This document shows positions 53,571-64,000 of a stretch of DNA of 64,000 nucleotides, piece after piece. Each line of letters starts with the position of its first letter. Position 1 is the stretch's first letter. Under the pieces are notes generated by a model. That model did not search any database. It was not told the DNA's origin and was given only the letters and a program-made list of their open reading frames with translations. A program made the position numbers and the translations under genes. The stretch comes from an uncultured Hormoscilla sp. (GTDB taxonomy: Bacteria > Cyanobacteriota > Cyanobacteriia > Cyanobacteriales > Desertifilaceae). The stretch is from the NCBI GenBank assembly GCA_963921275.4, contig OZ001293.3, forward strand, positions 3,072,001 through 3,136,000, in the 5' to 3' direction.

Positions 53571-54596
53571 CTAAAGGTTTTTGACTAAGCGAAAGCCAAT
53601 GTGAGTTGTTCCGGTATCGGGGGCTTGAGACTCCCGCGCTGCTGGTCGATAGCGACTACAATAATTCTGGGCACAGAGGTGAGAGCCACCTTTAATCACG
53701 TGCATTGCACCTTCATAGGGTTTTTTCGAATCGAAACTGTTAACTTTGTCAGGTCCGGATGGGTTGAGACTGTGACCTTTGCCATCGTGCCCCACCCGAT
53801 ACCAATCTGAGGTTAATTCCCAAACATTTCCCGTCATGTCATAAAGTCCATAGCCATTGGGGGGAAATGATTCTACTGGTGCCGTACCCAAATAGCCATC
53901 CTTTTTGGTGTTGAAGAATGGAAAGAAACCTTGCCAGGTATTGGCTTTTCGGGCCGAATAACTATCACCCCAACTGAATTCTTTATCTTTCAGACCGCCC
54001 CGGGCTGCATATTCCCATTGGGCTTCGGTGGGGAGAGATTTACCCGCCCACTTGGCATAAGCTACGGCATCATCGTAGGCTATGTGAACTACGGGATGGT
54101 TATCTTTGCCGATGATGTTGCTGTCTGGACCATAAGGATGTTGCCAGTTAGCACCGACTACCCAATGCCACCAGCTTAAATAAGCAATCTGCTGTATCCC
54201 TTCGGAGGGTGGCTGAAAGACGATCGAACCAGGTTGCCGTTCGGAGTCGGTTAGCCCGGGAAATTCTGCTTTCGGCAGAGGGATCTCGGCAATGGTTTTG
54301 TAGCCCGTGGCTTCCACAAATTTGCGGAATTCTGCGTTGGTGACTTCGTGGCGATCGATACAAAAACTATCCACGGTCACATCTGGCGCAGGAATCTCTG
54401 ACGGATAGTAACTCTTCGATCCGATGTTGAAAGTTCCTCCGGGAATAAAGATCATTCCTTCCGGACAAGAGGGATTGGAAGAGGAAGCGGCGATCGCATC
54501 TCCATTTAAAAGGCTAGGTAAAGCCAGAAATAGCGATACCGTCAGATAAAGCAGGGTAAGTTTATGGATTAAATAGGAAGCCCAGGGAGAATTCAT
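53571..54596 (-). CDS. Formylglycine-generating enzyme (sulfatase-modifying factor)
   Basis: HPVVHIAYDDA, LPTEAQWEYAARGG, YDMTGNVWE, KGGSHLCAQNYCSRYRPAAR. Confidence 0.93.
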   Translation of the reverse strand: MNSPWASYLIHKLTLLYLTVSLFLALPSLLNGDAIAASSSNPSCPEGMIFIPGGTFNIGSKSYYPSEIPAPDVTVDSFCIDRHEVTNAEFRKFVEATGYKTIAEIPLPKAEFPGLTDSERQPGSIVFQPPSEGIQQIAYLSWWHWVVGANWQHPYGPDSNIIGKDNHPVVHIAYDDAVAYAKWAGKSLPTEAQWEYAARGGLKDKEFSWGDSYSARKANTWQGFFPFFNTKKDGYLGTAPVESFPPNGYGLYDMTGNVWELTSDWYRVGHDGKGHSLNPSGPDKVNSFDSKKPYEGAMHVIKGGSHLCAQNYCSRYRPAARESQAPDTGTTHIGFRLVKNL

Positions 54597-54777
54597 GGTT
54601 CAGTGTAGTTTCTGTTAATGTCTTGTATAGTCTTGTATAGTATTGCAAATTGGGGGTGAAATAGGAAATTTTTAAAGACTGTGCTGCCAATGCCTCAAAA
54701 TCCCCATTGAGATCGAGCAATGGAAAATCATTGGCAATTGACAGCAACAGTCCTCAAAAGAGCCTACAAGTTTTAAA

Positions 54778-56700
54778 TTAGTCGTGAGGACTAATCAGTT
54801 GATGGGCAGGCTGGATATTTATTGATGGTTTTTCCGGCTCCCGATGGGGGAACTTTTCGATCAGCTTCAAGTGGGCGTCCAGTAGATTTTGGATGGGGGT
54901 GACTGTCCAGAGATAAGGGTACAGCTCGCCGTACTTCTCTCCAGGATCCCGCATCACGTTGAAAGCCTCCATTTCTGGCAAGCCACCAGAACTCTCCCCT
55001 GAGGGAAAAAACTTGAAGTCTTCATAGCGGATAGCTCCTACTTCCGAGCCATTGTAGTGGAACATATAGTTCCGGTGAGAATGCCCTTCACCCAACAGTA
55101 ACAGTGCCGTCTGGTCTACACCGTCGGTCACGCGATCGTTGGGGATGTTGTCCAGAGCCCCTCCGATCCTTGCTGCTGTGGTGTAGAGGTCGGTGAGATG
55201 GATGAAGTCAATCGGATCTTGATTGGGTTCGATCGTTCCCGGCCACCAAGCCATAGCGGGTACGCGAACTCCGCCCTCTAGCACATCTCCTTTACCACCT
55301 TGCAGCCAAGTGTATCCGGCGGTCGGCCAAAAGCCATACATGGGACCGTTATCACTCCACCAAACCACCAGCGTATTCCTTTCTATCCCTGCGTCTTTAA
55401 GGGCTTGCAAAAGCTGGCCCACATGCTTGTTGTGCATGGCCATAAAGGAGGCTTGAACATTGACGGGATCGACATAATCATCTTCCTGATGCTGCGCGGA
55501 ACCTGACAGTTGTTGCGCGTAGCTCGCCCAGTAGATGAAGAAAGGTTTATCGCCGTTGCCCTTTTCCTCGATATAATCTGTTATCCCCTTAATGGATCGT
55601 TCCTCAAATGCTTCTTGCCGTTTGGGTCCGAGAGTGCCTGCCAGTCCCCGAACTGCATGACGCTCTGTATCTCCATCATCTTTGTTGAACTGAAAAGCAG
55701 CCGGATCCAACTTAATTCCGGTTAATGCCGTATATTCTTCATCACCGGGGTAATCGTAAAACGGCGGCAAGATCGTGCTGGGTGCTTTAGCACCTTTCAG
55801 TTCGTCTTCGAGGTCTCCTGGAAGGGCATTCCCCAGTTTGGGCAGATTGGGAAATTTATTCAACAATCCGTAGGGGGTGGTGTTTTCAATGAACTCTGCA
55901 CTGGCATCCCACATATCTGGAGCCCCATTCCACAATCCGTAGTAGGTGCGATCGAACCCTTGCTTTTCCGGTGCCTGCCATGGCATCTCTCCCAGGTGCC
56001 ACTTGCCCCACATGGCGGTGTCATAGCCTGCTTCAGAGAGCACTTCAGCCAGGGTCTTTTCATCTGGAGACAAGCCATCACTCTGTCCCGGCCACAATAC
56101 AGAGAGGAGACCCGTCCGTACTGGATGCCGTCCTGTCATGATCGCCACCCGGGAGGGGGTGCAGGAAGGCTCGGAGTAAGCATGAAAGAACCGCATACCC
56201 TCAGAGGCCATCTGGTCTAATTCGGCGGAAGGGGTACCTCGATGCTTGCCGCCTCCTTGCCAGCCCAGTTCCCCCCAACCGACATCGTCCGTCAGGATAT
56301 AGATAATATTGGGTTTTTTCCCAAACTCTGCTTCCAGTGCGTCCAGCTTGTCCTGAACATCATCTTTATAGTCTGCCCATTCTTCTGCCTTCCGTTGAGC
56401 CAGTTTACAGAAAGGGGCATCAAAGATTGGCCCTGGTGAATTGACTTCCACATCCATATCTACTGTCAATTCTTCTGGCTCTGTCTCTGGCTTCAGTTGA
56501 CTCAGTGTGCAGTAAGGACCATTAAAGATGATTGGATCTACTGTACTGACCGCTACGGCCCGATCTGCTGGCGAGAACAAAAGCATGACCATTGCTATGG
56601 CAATTGTGACCGCACTGGTAAATAGTTCCCGTCCTGCTGTCTGGATCGCTAAGCACGGGAGCCGCGGTATACTTCCGGCCTTGTTCCAAGATTTCATCAT
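54778..56700 (-). CDS. Exported Cys-type arylsulfatase
   Basis: KPNIIYILTDDVG, CTPSR..MTGR, GKWHLG, SDNG, EGGVRVP. Confidence 0.93.
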   Translation of the reverse strand: MMKSWNKAGSIPRLPCLAIQTAGRELFTSAVTIAIAMVMLLFSPADRAVAVSTVDPIIFNGPYCTLSQLKPETEPEELTVDMDVEVNSPGPIFDAPFCKLAQRKAEEWADYKDDVQDKLDALEAEFGKKPNIIYILTDDVGWGELGWQGGGKHRGTPSAELDQMASEGMRFFHAYSEPSCTPSRVAIMTGRHPVRTGLLSVLWPGQSDGLSPDEKTLAEVLSEAGYDTAMWGKWHLGEMPWQAPEKQGFDRTYYGLWNGAPDMWDASAEFIENTTPYGLLNKFPNLPKLGNALPGDLEDELKGAKAPSTILPPFYDYPGDEEYTALTGIKLDPAAFQFNKDDGDTERHAVRGLAGTLGPKRQEAFEERSIKGITDYIEEKGNGDKPFFIYWASYAQQLSGSAQHQEDDYVDPVNVQASFMAMHNKHVGQLLQALKDAGIERNTLVVWWSDNGPMYGFWPTAGYTWLQGGKGDVLEGGVRVPAMAWWPGTIEPNQDPIDFIHLTDLYTTAARIGGALDNIPNDRVTDGVDQTALLLLGEGHSHRNYMFHYNGSEVGAIRYEDFKFFPSGESSGGLPEMEAFNVMRDPGEKYGELYPYLWTVTPIQNLLDAHLKLIEKFPHREPEKPSINIQPAHQLISPHD

Positions 56701-56730
56701 CGTTACTCCTAAATCATTAATGTGTACCTA

Positions 56731-56978
56731 GGGTGTGTCATCAATCAAATTGCTTGACAGAAATAGATGGATACGGTATGGAGTCCTTATCCAGCAATAA
56801 CAATCAAGAGGGCATGATATGAGACGCTATGGCTTGCGAGACGACCAGTGGGAACGGATCGAACACCTTTTACCTGGTAAGGAGGGTGACCCAGGCGCTA
56901 CAGATAAAACGGCTCGCAATTTCTTGGGTGCCATCTACCTCGCGGCAGCTGTAATATGGCTTAATTGATGACACGCCC
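56731..56978 (+). mobile_element. 248-bp MITE, an internal-deletion derivative of the IS5-family element at 60275-61147
   Basis: Same IRs GGGYGTGTCATCAAT; CTAG context at both ends. Confidence 0.92.
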
Positions 56979-57040
56979 TAGGGACTTGCAAAAAAAATAA
57001 AGTACCGGCTATAGCATATTAAATTGCTAGTCCCTTAGCT

Positions 57041-57237
57041 CAATAGTCCGGACAGTTCTGGTAACGTAGCTGTAAGGCTTACAGGGTAAGTCTTTGCTCG
57101 ATAGAGCAATTTTTGGCAAGTTAGCCCTGGGGCTGACATTGAAAAAATAGCGCTGCGCGCCGCTGCGCGATAAGACAAGTAGGCTGCAACCCTTGCATTG
57201 TCGTCGTTCTGGAGTCAAAAAACTGTCCGGAGTATTG
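57041..57237 (+). mobile_element. MITE
   Basis: IRs CAATAGTCCGGACAGTT / AACTGTCCGGAGTATTG; 6-bp TSD TTAGCT. Confidence 0.88.
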
Positions 57238-57468
57238 TTAGCTAGTTTGCCATTGAATGGCTAGCGTAATTCTATTTGCCTGTGATGTCAATGTCAACCC
57301 CCTAAATCAAAAATTTTTACTCCGAATATCTACTTATCATGGCCTCACTACAGGGATGGGCCAATTGCGCTCTGCCACCGTTCCGTTCCCACGGCTCTGC
57401 CTAGGAACGGGTGGAACTGGCGAGGCAAGCAAGGAGCGATCGCACTGTCCGCCGGACATCTTGCTATC

Positions 57469-58452
57469 TTAGGACCTACAAAGGATAGAGGCAATCGGAG
57501 TCTGGATATTCTCGGCACAGGCGCTAACCAAGTAATGGGTGACTGGCAAACTATCAATCACCATGGCAGTACAAAGTAGCATCATGTACAGGATGGAGTA
57601 TTTGAACAGGGATTTGGCCAAGGGTTTATCAGATGGATTTTGTAACAGCTGCCAGGCTTTTTTGAGAAAAATAGCGCCCAACAAGAGAGCGATCGCGCCA
57701 TAAACAAAACCAGAGGCACCCAAGGGATAAATCAGCAACAGGGAAACAGGCACCACTAACAGGGAGTAAAACCAGATTTGCACAGATGTAGACTCTTCAC
57801 CCTCGACTACAGGCAGCATCGGAATACCTACCTTAGCATAATCATCCTGAATCATCAACGCCAAAGCCCAGAAATGGGGAGGCGTCCACAGGAAAATCAG
57901 GGTAAACAGTAGCCAAGGGGTCCAACCCAGACCCCCGGTTACAGCAGCCCAACCTACCAGGGGCGGAATTGCACCAGCTGCACCGCCAATCACAATATTC
58001 TGGGTGCTATGACGTTTGAGCAAATGGGTGTAGACCAACATATAGAAGACTATACCAGACATGGCTAGTAAAGCCGCTAGCAAGTTGGCAAAAACAGTTA
58101 ACAGAGTAAAAGAAAGAAGTCCCAGAAGAATGGCAAAGATGAGGGCATTGCGCGGCTGTACTGTACCGGAAGGCAAAGGACGCTTGCGAGTGCGTTCCAT
58201 TGCATAGTCAATGTCGAGGTCGTAAATACAGTTAAGGGTTTGAGCAGATGCAGCTGCTAGGGTTCCCCCAGTCAGGGTCACCAACAGTAATATGGGGTCT
58301 ACCCTGCCGTCCGAGGCGATCCACATACTAGCAGCTGTGGTAATCAGTAGTAGCGGGATAATCCGAGGCTTTGTCAGCTGGTAGTAGCTGCGAATTGCTT
58401 CCAGAAAGTTCTGAGTGCGAGGGGATATATTCACCCCAATTAATTCTTGCAT
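57469..58452 (-). CDS. ctaB: Heme o synthase
   Basis: [34 protein letters not shown]. Confidence 0.95.
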   Translation of the reverse strand: MQELIGVNISPRTQNFLEAIRSYYQLTKPRIIPLLLITTAASMWIASDGRVDPILLLVTLTGGTLAAASAQTLNCIYDLDIDYAMERTRKRPLPSGTVQPRNALIFAILLGLLSFTLLTVFANLLAALLAMSGIVFYMLVYTHLLKRHSTQNIVIGGAAGAIPPLVGWAAVTGGLGWTPWLLFTLIFLWTPPHFWALALMIQDDYAKVGIPMLPVVEGEESTSVQIWFYSLLVVPVSLLLIYPLGASGFVYGAIALLLGAIFLKKAWQLLQNPSDKPLAKSLFKYSILYMMLLCTAMVIDSLPVTHYLVSACAENIQTPIASILCRS

Positions 58453-58493
58453 GGATTCCTTTGTTGAATAAACTTCTTCTAGTCGCCGTGGGA

Positions 58494-59441
58494 CTATCGT
58501 CCTGAGACTGCTGATTCCCTGTCCGGGACGATCGCTTGCTGGAGATCCCTATCTCTTATTCCCACCACCGTAAAGGCTACCAATGTCCCCAGCAATGCAG
58601 CACCAATGGCTTGGTGAGCAACTGTCAGGGGTTCTACTTGCAGATGTAACCAGAAGGTAGCAACTCCCAAAATTATCTGCACAACTAACAAGCCACCTGC
58701 ACAGGAAGCTAGACGCCTCAGCAGCGGATGTAATGCCGCCGTTTTTAAAGCTAGAATCACTAGGATCCCAGTTGTGAGGGTAGGGGGGACAACACCAGCA
58801 ATGTGGCTATGCATCACTGCACATAGCTGCTGATATCCAAAACATTGATGCAATGCCCACTGAGAGGCAACCAGTCCGCCTAATATACTTTGTAGATAAA
58901 CCAGAATTGCCCCAGTTAAGCCGATCCAAGTTAATTTCCCAGCGGCACCCGTACCTTGATAAGGTTCTAATGCCATGACGATCGCTATCAGGGTGGTGAA
59001 AAATAACAGAGCACATCCCAGATGTGCGGCGACGATATCAAACCTCAGCAGTTCGGTAACGGTGAGTCCTCCTAAGACTCCTTGGAAGATGACTAACCCT
59101 AGTGCGCCAGTAGAGGCCCAGGGGAGCCAGTTCGGTAGTTGCTGGCGATACCACCAGCATAATCCGACTAGGGCGATCGCCATCAATCCAATCAACCCCG
59201 CATCCAACCGGTGAAACCACTCCAGAAATACCTGAAGATTCATCTCCTGCGCCGGTACTAGCTTGCCGTAGCACAAGGGCCAATCTGGGCAGGCCAGACC
59301 CGCATTCATCACCCGCGTGGCACTCCCGATCGCCATCAGCAGCAGCGTCGCGATCGCCATTTTCCAGGTTAGGCCACGGATACGGTCTTTAATTTCCTCT
59401 GGTGACAAGCCAAGATTTTGAGGCAGTACTGACTCAATCAT
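58494..59441 (-). CDS. ctaA: Heme a synthase (COX15/CtaA)
   Basis: [25 protein letters not shown]. Confidence 0.93.
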   Translation of the reverse strand: MIESVLPQNLGLSPEEIKDRIRGLTWKMAIATLLLMAIGSATRVMNAGLACPDWPLCYGKLVPAQEMNLQVFLEWFHRLDAGLIGLMAIALVGLCWWYRQQLPNWLPWASTGALGLVIFQGVLGGLTVTELLRFDIVAAHLGCALLFFTTLIAIVMALEPYQGTGAAGKLTWIGLTGAILVYLQSILGGLVASQWALHQCFGYQQLCAVMHSHIAGVVPPTLTTGILVILALKTAALHPLLRRLASCAGGLLVVQIILGVATFWLHLQVEPLTVAHQAIGAALLGTLVAFTVVGIRDRDLQQAIVPDRESAVSGR

Positions 59442-60274
59442 ACCACTTTTCAGCTAAATTGTCAAGCTCTATCAAGTTACGAATGCGCGAGCGCTCACAT
59501 CCCTCTTTACTTTAATCAGGCTGTCTCTAGAAGCCAAAAGGCTTTGTAATTTCTTCCGATTTTGACAAATTGTTAAGTTATATTTCGTTTAATTATCATA
59601 AATTTAAGAAAATTAACAAATAACTGGCGATCGGGAAGCAGATGGCCGGGGAAAAATCGGAAAAAAGTATTAAAATAGGTAAAAATTACTCCCACAATAG
59701 GCGATCGTTGCTTTAGGGTAGTAGGTAAGTGACTGGGCCCTGGTTCTGGTAAGTCAAAGCCCGTTCGAGATTGCTTCGTTTCCTCGCAACGCTTCGTGCT
59801 TCCCAGGCGCGATTGGCGCCTAGAGAGTTGGTCAAGTAGAACCGACGCTCTAGCAGTTTTTAGTCTTGTGGTTGGTTTATACCCAGAACGGGATAGACTT
59901 GCGCTCTCGTTCCCACGGCTCTGCCTGGGAACGTGCGATTAAATGTGTCCGGAGCGAGGGGGTTTTTGCGAGATTACTGGATACTCACACGGAAAGTCCC
60001 CCGTAGCGCTACCGTAGCGCTACGAGGGGGTTTACTCCACCAGACACAAAGCTCTCTCAATTATCCCCCCCCAAGTATCACTTAACATGCTTGATATGAT
60101 GTATTATCACGCTATGTCAAGCGATACTTGCCTCGCAATGACATATGGCCCTAAGAACAAAGGGACCCTTCGGAATATAGGACTACTGTTGAAGATTGTT
60201 GAGGCGATCGCATATTATGGCAGGACTTACGCAGATATAATATATATATGGTAATAGGGTGATTTATTCTCCTA

Positions 60275-61147
60275 GGGCGTGTCATCAATTAAGCCATATT
60301 ACAGCTGCCGCTAGGTAGATGGCACCCAAGAAATTGCGAGCCGTTTTATCGTAGCGTGTCGCCAGAGCCCTGTATTGCTTGAGTTTTTGGAATAGATTTT
60401 CAATTAGATGCCGCCACTTGTACATTTCTTCATCGTATTCTCTGTGTTCTGTGCGGTTACTTTTTGGAGGAATGACAGCCATCCAATCCGCCTCTTTCAG
60501 GCGCTCGAGCACACGTTGTTCCGCATCATAGGCTTTATCTGCAAGCAGCGCGCCAATCTCACCGATTTTATCCAATAGCACGTCAGCGCCTTTCCCGTCG
60601 TGGGCTTGGCCAGGGGTAAGATGAAATCCTGTGGGATTGCCTTGGGCAATCGCAAGTGGCATGAATCTTTGTCGATAGTCCCCCTTTACTACGGCCTATG
60701 GCTTGGGTTTCGCACGTATCTGAGGGTGTTTTTTTTTGCACCCGCACGCTCGTTGATGGGCACGCAGGATGGTGGCATCAATCGCGGCGTATTCGTTATC
60801 GGCGTCTGAGGCCAAGACATCGAATACCTGCTTCCAAACTCCCTTTTCAGACCAACGGGTATGGCGGGTATGAACAACCCGAAAATCCCCAAAACACTCC
60901 GGTAAATCCCGCCAGGGAATGCCAGCACGATATCGATATAACACGGCAGAACACGAATAATCTATTGTTCTTGGCTGTAGCGCCTGGGTCACCCTCTTTA
61001 CCAGGTAAAAGGTGTTCGATCCGTTCCCACTGGTCGTCTCGCAAGCCATAGCGTCTCATATCATGCCCTCTTGATTGTTATTGCTGGATAAGGACTCCAT
61101 ACCGTATCCATCTACTTCTGTCAAGCAATTTGATTGATGACACACCC
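60275..61147 (-). mobile_element. IS5-family element, frameshifted
   Basis: IRs; [50 protein letters not shown]. Confidence 0.92.
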
Positions 61148-61197
61148 TAGTTTCAGCCAACCTTTACGAATAGCGTATAGTAGCCGGTCGATAGCTG

Positions 61198-62407
61198 GGC
61201 ACTGGTTCCGCTGAACAGGATAGCCCAAAGGCTTGCCCTCTATGAATTATAGATGATCATAGAGAGGCTGAGACTTTTCCGGAATTGGAGGTGTGTTATG
61301 GAACTATTCTCGCAGTGTTGTCCCTGTTGTGGGAGTGAAGAGGTACAGCCTCTCACCACCCTCCCTGAGACTCAACACAACGGTAGCCGCACCATCCACC
61401 ATTGCCAGGCGTGTGACATTTACTACAGTGAAACCTTGGCCACTTAGCGGGTCTACGAACTCCCTGAAGTCGGATTATCCAAGTTCTCAAAGCCAGGAGT
61501 GAAGGGATGGGTCTCAATGCAGTTGCACGAACCTTTAACGTCTCCAAGAAAACTGTCATCGATTGGGAAGACCGTCTCGGGGAGTTCAAACCAGTTCTGA
61601 GGCTCTCTGCCTGGCTCCATCAGTTGATAGAATTGATGATTGAAGGAGATGAACTCTATACATTGGTGGAGAAAAATGAGCCGCCTGGCCTGAGTCAAGG
61701 GTGGACGATTGTTAGTCGGGATCTCCGGCCTCTTCCGCGTACTCTTGTCCTGAAGGACAAGAGTACGCGGAAGACACCGCCCAGTCGTTTTTTGTGGGAG
61801 TTGCACTGTGGCTCGAAAGACCAACAACTGTTGAAGCGAGCCTTAAATACTTTGGTTGAAGTGATTTCGCAAACCGAGGATCTTAGCCTGTTTACCGATG
61901 GGGAACGGCGTTATGGTAATTTGCTCTTTGACATTTGCCATGAGGTGATCCGAGATGGCAAACCCGGTCGTCCCCCCAAACCTCTGCCTAAAGGAATACG
62001 GGTCAGACTCAAGCATAAAGGAGCCAAGAAGCGAGTGGGTCGTCCTCGTAAGAAATATGAAGCTCCCGTGCCTGAGCATCCTCAGACAGAGACGAAAGTG
62101 GTAGAAAACGAGATTCATGCCAACCATGTTGAGGGATTCGATGCCTGAATGCGACGGCGAAATTCGGCTTTCCGTCGCCAAACCAACACCGATGCGAAGT
62201 CTCGTCAACATCTCCAAAGAACCCTGGATTTCTTCTGGGTCATCCACAACTTTGTACGGGTGCATTTCACGACTAAAGTTGTCCCTGCTGTCAAGTTAGG
62301 GCTCTTGGAAACCGGAATATCAAGGTCTCAATTATTTAGCATACGATCTGCTCTGTAATTCCCTAAATTCAGCAGCAAGACCCCAAACACTTAACGGAAC
62401 CAGTGCC
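61198..62407 (+). mobile_element. Full-length IS1-family element (transposase with stop/frameshift)
   Basis: 13-bp IRs GGCACTGGTTCCG; CPCCGS..CQAC zinc finger; GDELYT, TDGERRY, NHVEGF. Confidence 0.9.
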
Positions 62408-62773
62408 AGTTCAACTCATCTGGTAGAAATTGACTTACTCCGGAAAGGAGGAAGGATGGAAATTGTGCTGGATGCGATTAAAAGTGATTATCGGATTTTA
62501 GTCAGTCCCAGGAACAGATGACCTAAAGCTGATTTATATGCTTTTAATCTTCGAGAGGCAATTCCTGGTTTTCCTCTGCCTTTGCGCCCAGAAGATAGGG
62601 AACCGGTGCTGGATTTAAAGACTGTCATTGATGAGATATATGATAAAGGATATTACGATCGTATGCTAGATTACAGCCAAGACCCAGTACCAGCTTTATC
62701 AGAAACGGATGCAGTTTGGGCGGCTATTGCGCGATCGGGGTTTGCGGTGATGGGAGTTATGGATATGGTATGA
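62408..62773 (+). pseudogene. DUF4058 family C-terminal fragment
   Basis: STHLVEIDLLRKG, DYRILVS, FPLPLRPED.EPVLDL, LDYSQDPVP. Confidence 0.8.
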
Positions 62774-62815
62774 TTGATATATGGAAAAATAAATTCCTAT
62801 ATGATGCCGCACAAC

Positions 62816-63753
62816 TATAGCATTTCTCAAAATGGTGAGGTACAGTAGCAACGTAAAAAAGTTGTATAGGTCTGACAAACTAACATTTTCAAAACCATCA
62901 GTAATTGCATGGTTATCGGTGGCATTTTTTTCTTATAGCAGCTGCGACCAAAAGTTCTCAATTGGAGAAAAATCGGGAGAATAAGGAGGTAGATAGACTA
63001 ACCGCGCACCTACTTGTTCAATAGCTGCTCTTATGGCTTTTCCATTATGTATTGTACATCGGTCCATGACCAGGCTCCTTTCCATAAACGAGGAACTAAA
63101 TGTCTAACTATAAAAGCTTCAAAAGTTAAGCTATCATAAGAACCTAAAATCTTGAATGAACTCACTACTCTCTTAAGACGATCCGACTATCAAAACGTTT
63201 TTTACTCGCTTACTTGGCTTACTTCCATGGGCTCTTTGCGTGTTAGGTTAACTCGTCCAAGACGATTAAGTCAAAAGGGTCTATTCTTTCTATTTCTTTC
63301 CAGTAGTCTACCCTTAATTTTTGGACTCTATCACTTCTTTTCTCTGTTGGATGTAACGCTTTTTTTGACGGTAAATCCCAACTTCTTTATCATCCTATCT
63401 ATTGTCGAACGGCTGACCACCGGTCTCTTTTTCAAGACTAGATTGATATTCTTCTAAGGTCCAGTCATTATTTTCCTTTACTAAATTATGAATAATTGCC
63501 AGTTCTTCATCCTTAAGTTTTCGTGGACGACCAGGACTTTTCTTAGGTAACAAATTGCCGCCGCTCCTGCTGGATGATTTTGGTAACAAAACTTAGAGCT
63601 ACCCTAAATCTGCTCGCCAGTTTTCTTTGTGATATATTCTCATTTTTATAGACCGATTTTTTTGCCTAGATCTACTGAATAGGGTTTCATGGCTTTCTCC
63701 TCCATATATTCTTGACTCTCTTATTGTACCTCATGTTTTTGAGAAATGCTATA
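62816..63753 (-). mobile_element. IS630-family element, degenerate
   Basis: IRs TATAGCATTTCTCAAAA; MKPYSVDL, YLPPYSPDFSPIENFW. Confidence 0.88.
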
Positions 63754-64000
63754 AAATCGTTGTTCATCAGCTGCCAAAAAAACAGAAACCCTCTGGTTAA
63801 GGTTGCTGGGTCGGTAAAGCGTACAGAAACAAGCGATCAATGAACTAGAACTTAGTTGAGTAGAACAAATTTTGGCTAACATAATGAGGGTCGGAGGGAG
63901 GGAGAGGGAGAAGGGGAGACGAGAAGATGTTGATTTGACTTTGATTCACAGATGTTTTAATTTGTCAAGTATTATGAATGAACTGATGCTCTACTGCAAT

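Overview
Cyanobacterial chromosome segment (abundant HIP1 GCGATCGC; tatC, secA, clpB, aroA, ctaA/ctaB, CURT1, a Rubisco-activase fragment) under heavy mobile-element invasion and gene decay, as expected of a host-restricted filamentous cyanobacterium (inference). Highlights: (1) Seven group II intron segments. Four are complete ORF-less introns of 835-871 nt with a conserved structured RNA where the RT ORF normally lies, apparently non-AY 3' ends, and EBS1 loops matching their own insertion sites. One interrupts a dihaem cytochrome c gene, one interrupts an IS1 transposase, and two are nested inside an RT-encoding intron that itself sits in an IS630. (2) A two-gene operon encoding a repeat-containing GrpE-like protein and an NYN nuclease-Hsp70 ATPase fusion, each broken by a single in-frame stop. 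(3) Several families of 24-57 bp palindromic mini-elements that insert in frame into genes and into each other. (4) Many IS elements (ISKra4, IS4, IS1, IS630, IS5, IS701-like, IS1634, ISAzo13, IS1182) and MITEs. (5) A sulfatase + FGE pair. All calls come from reading the sequence by eye; no searches were run.
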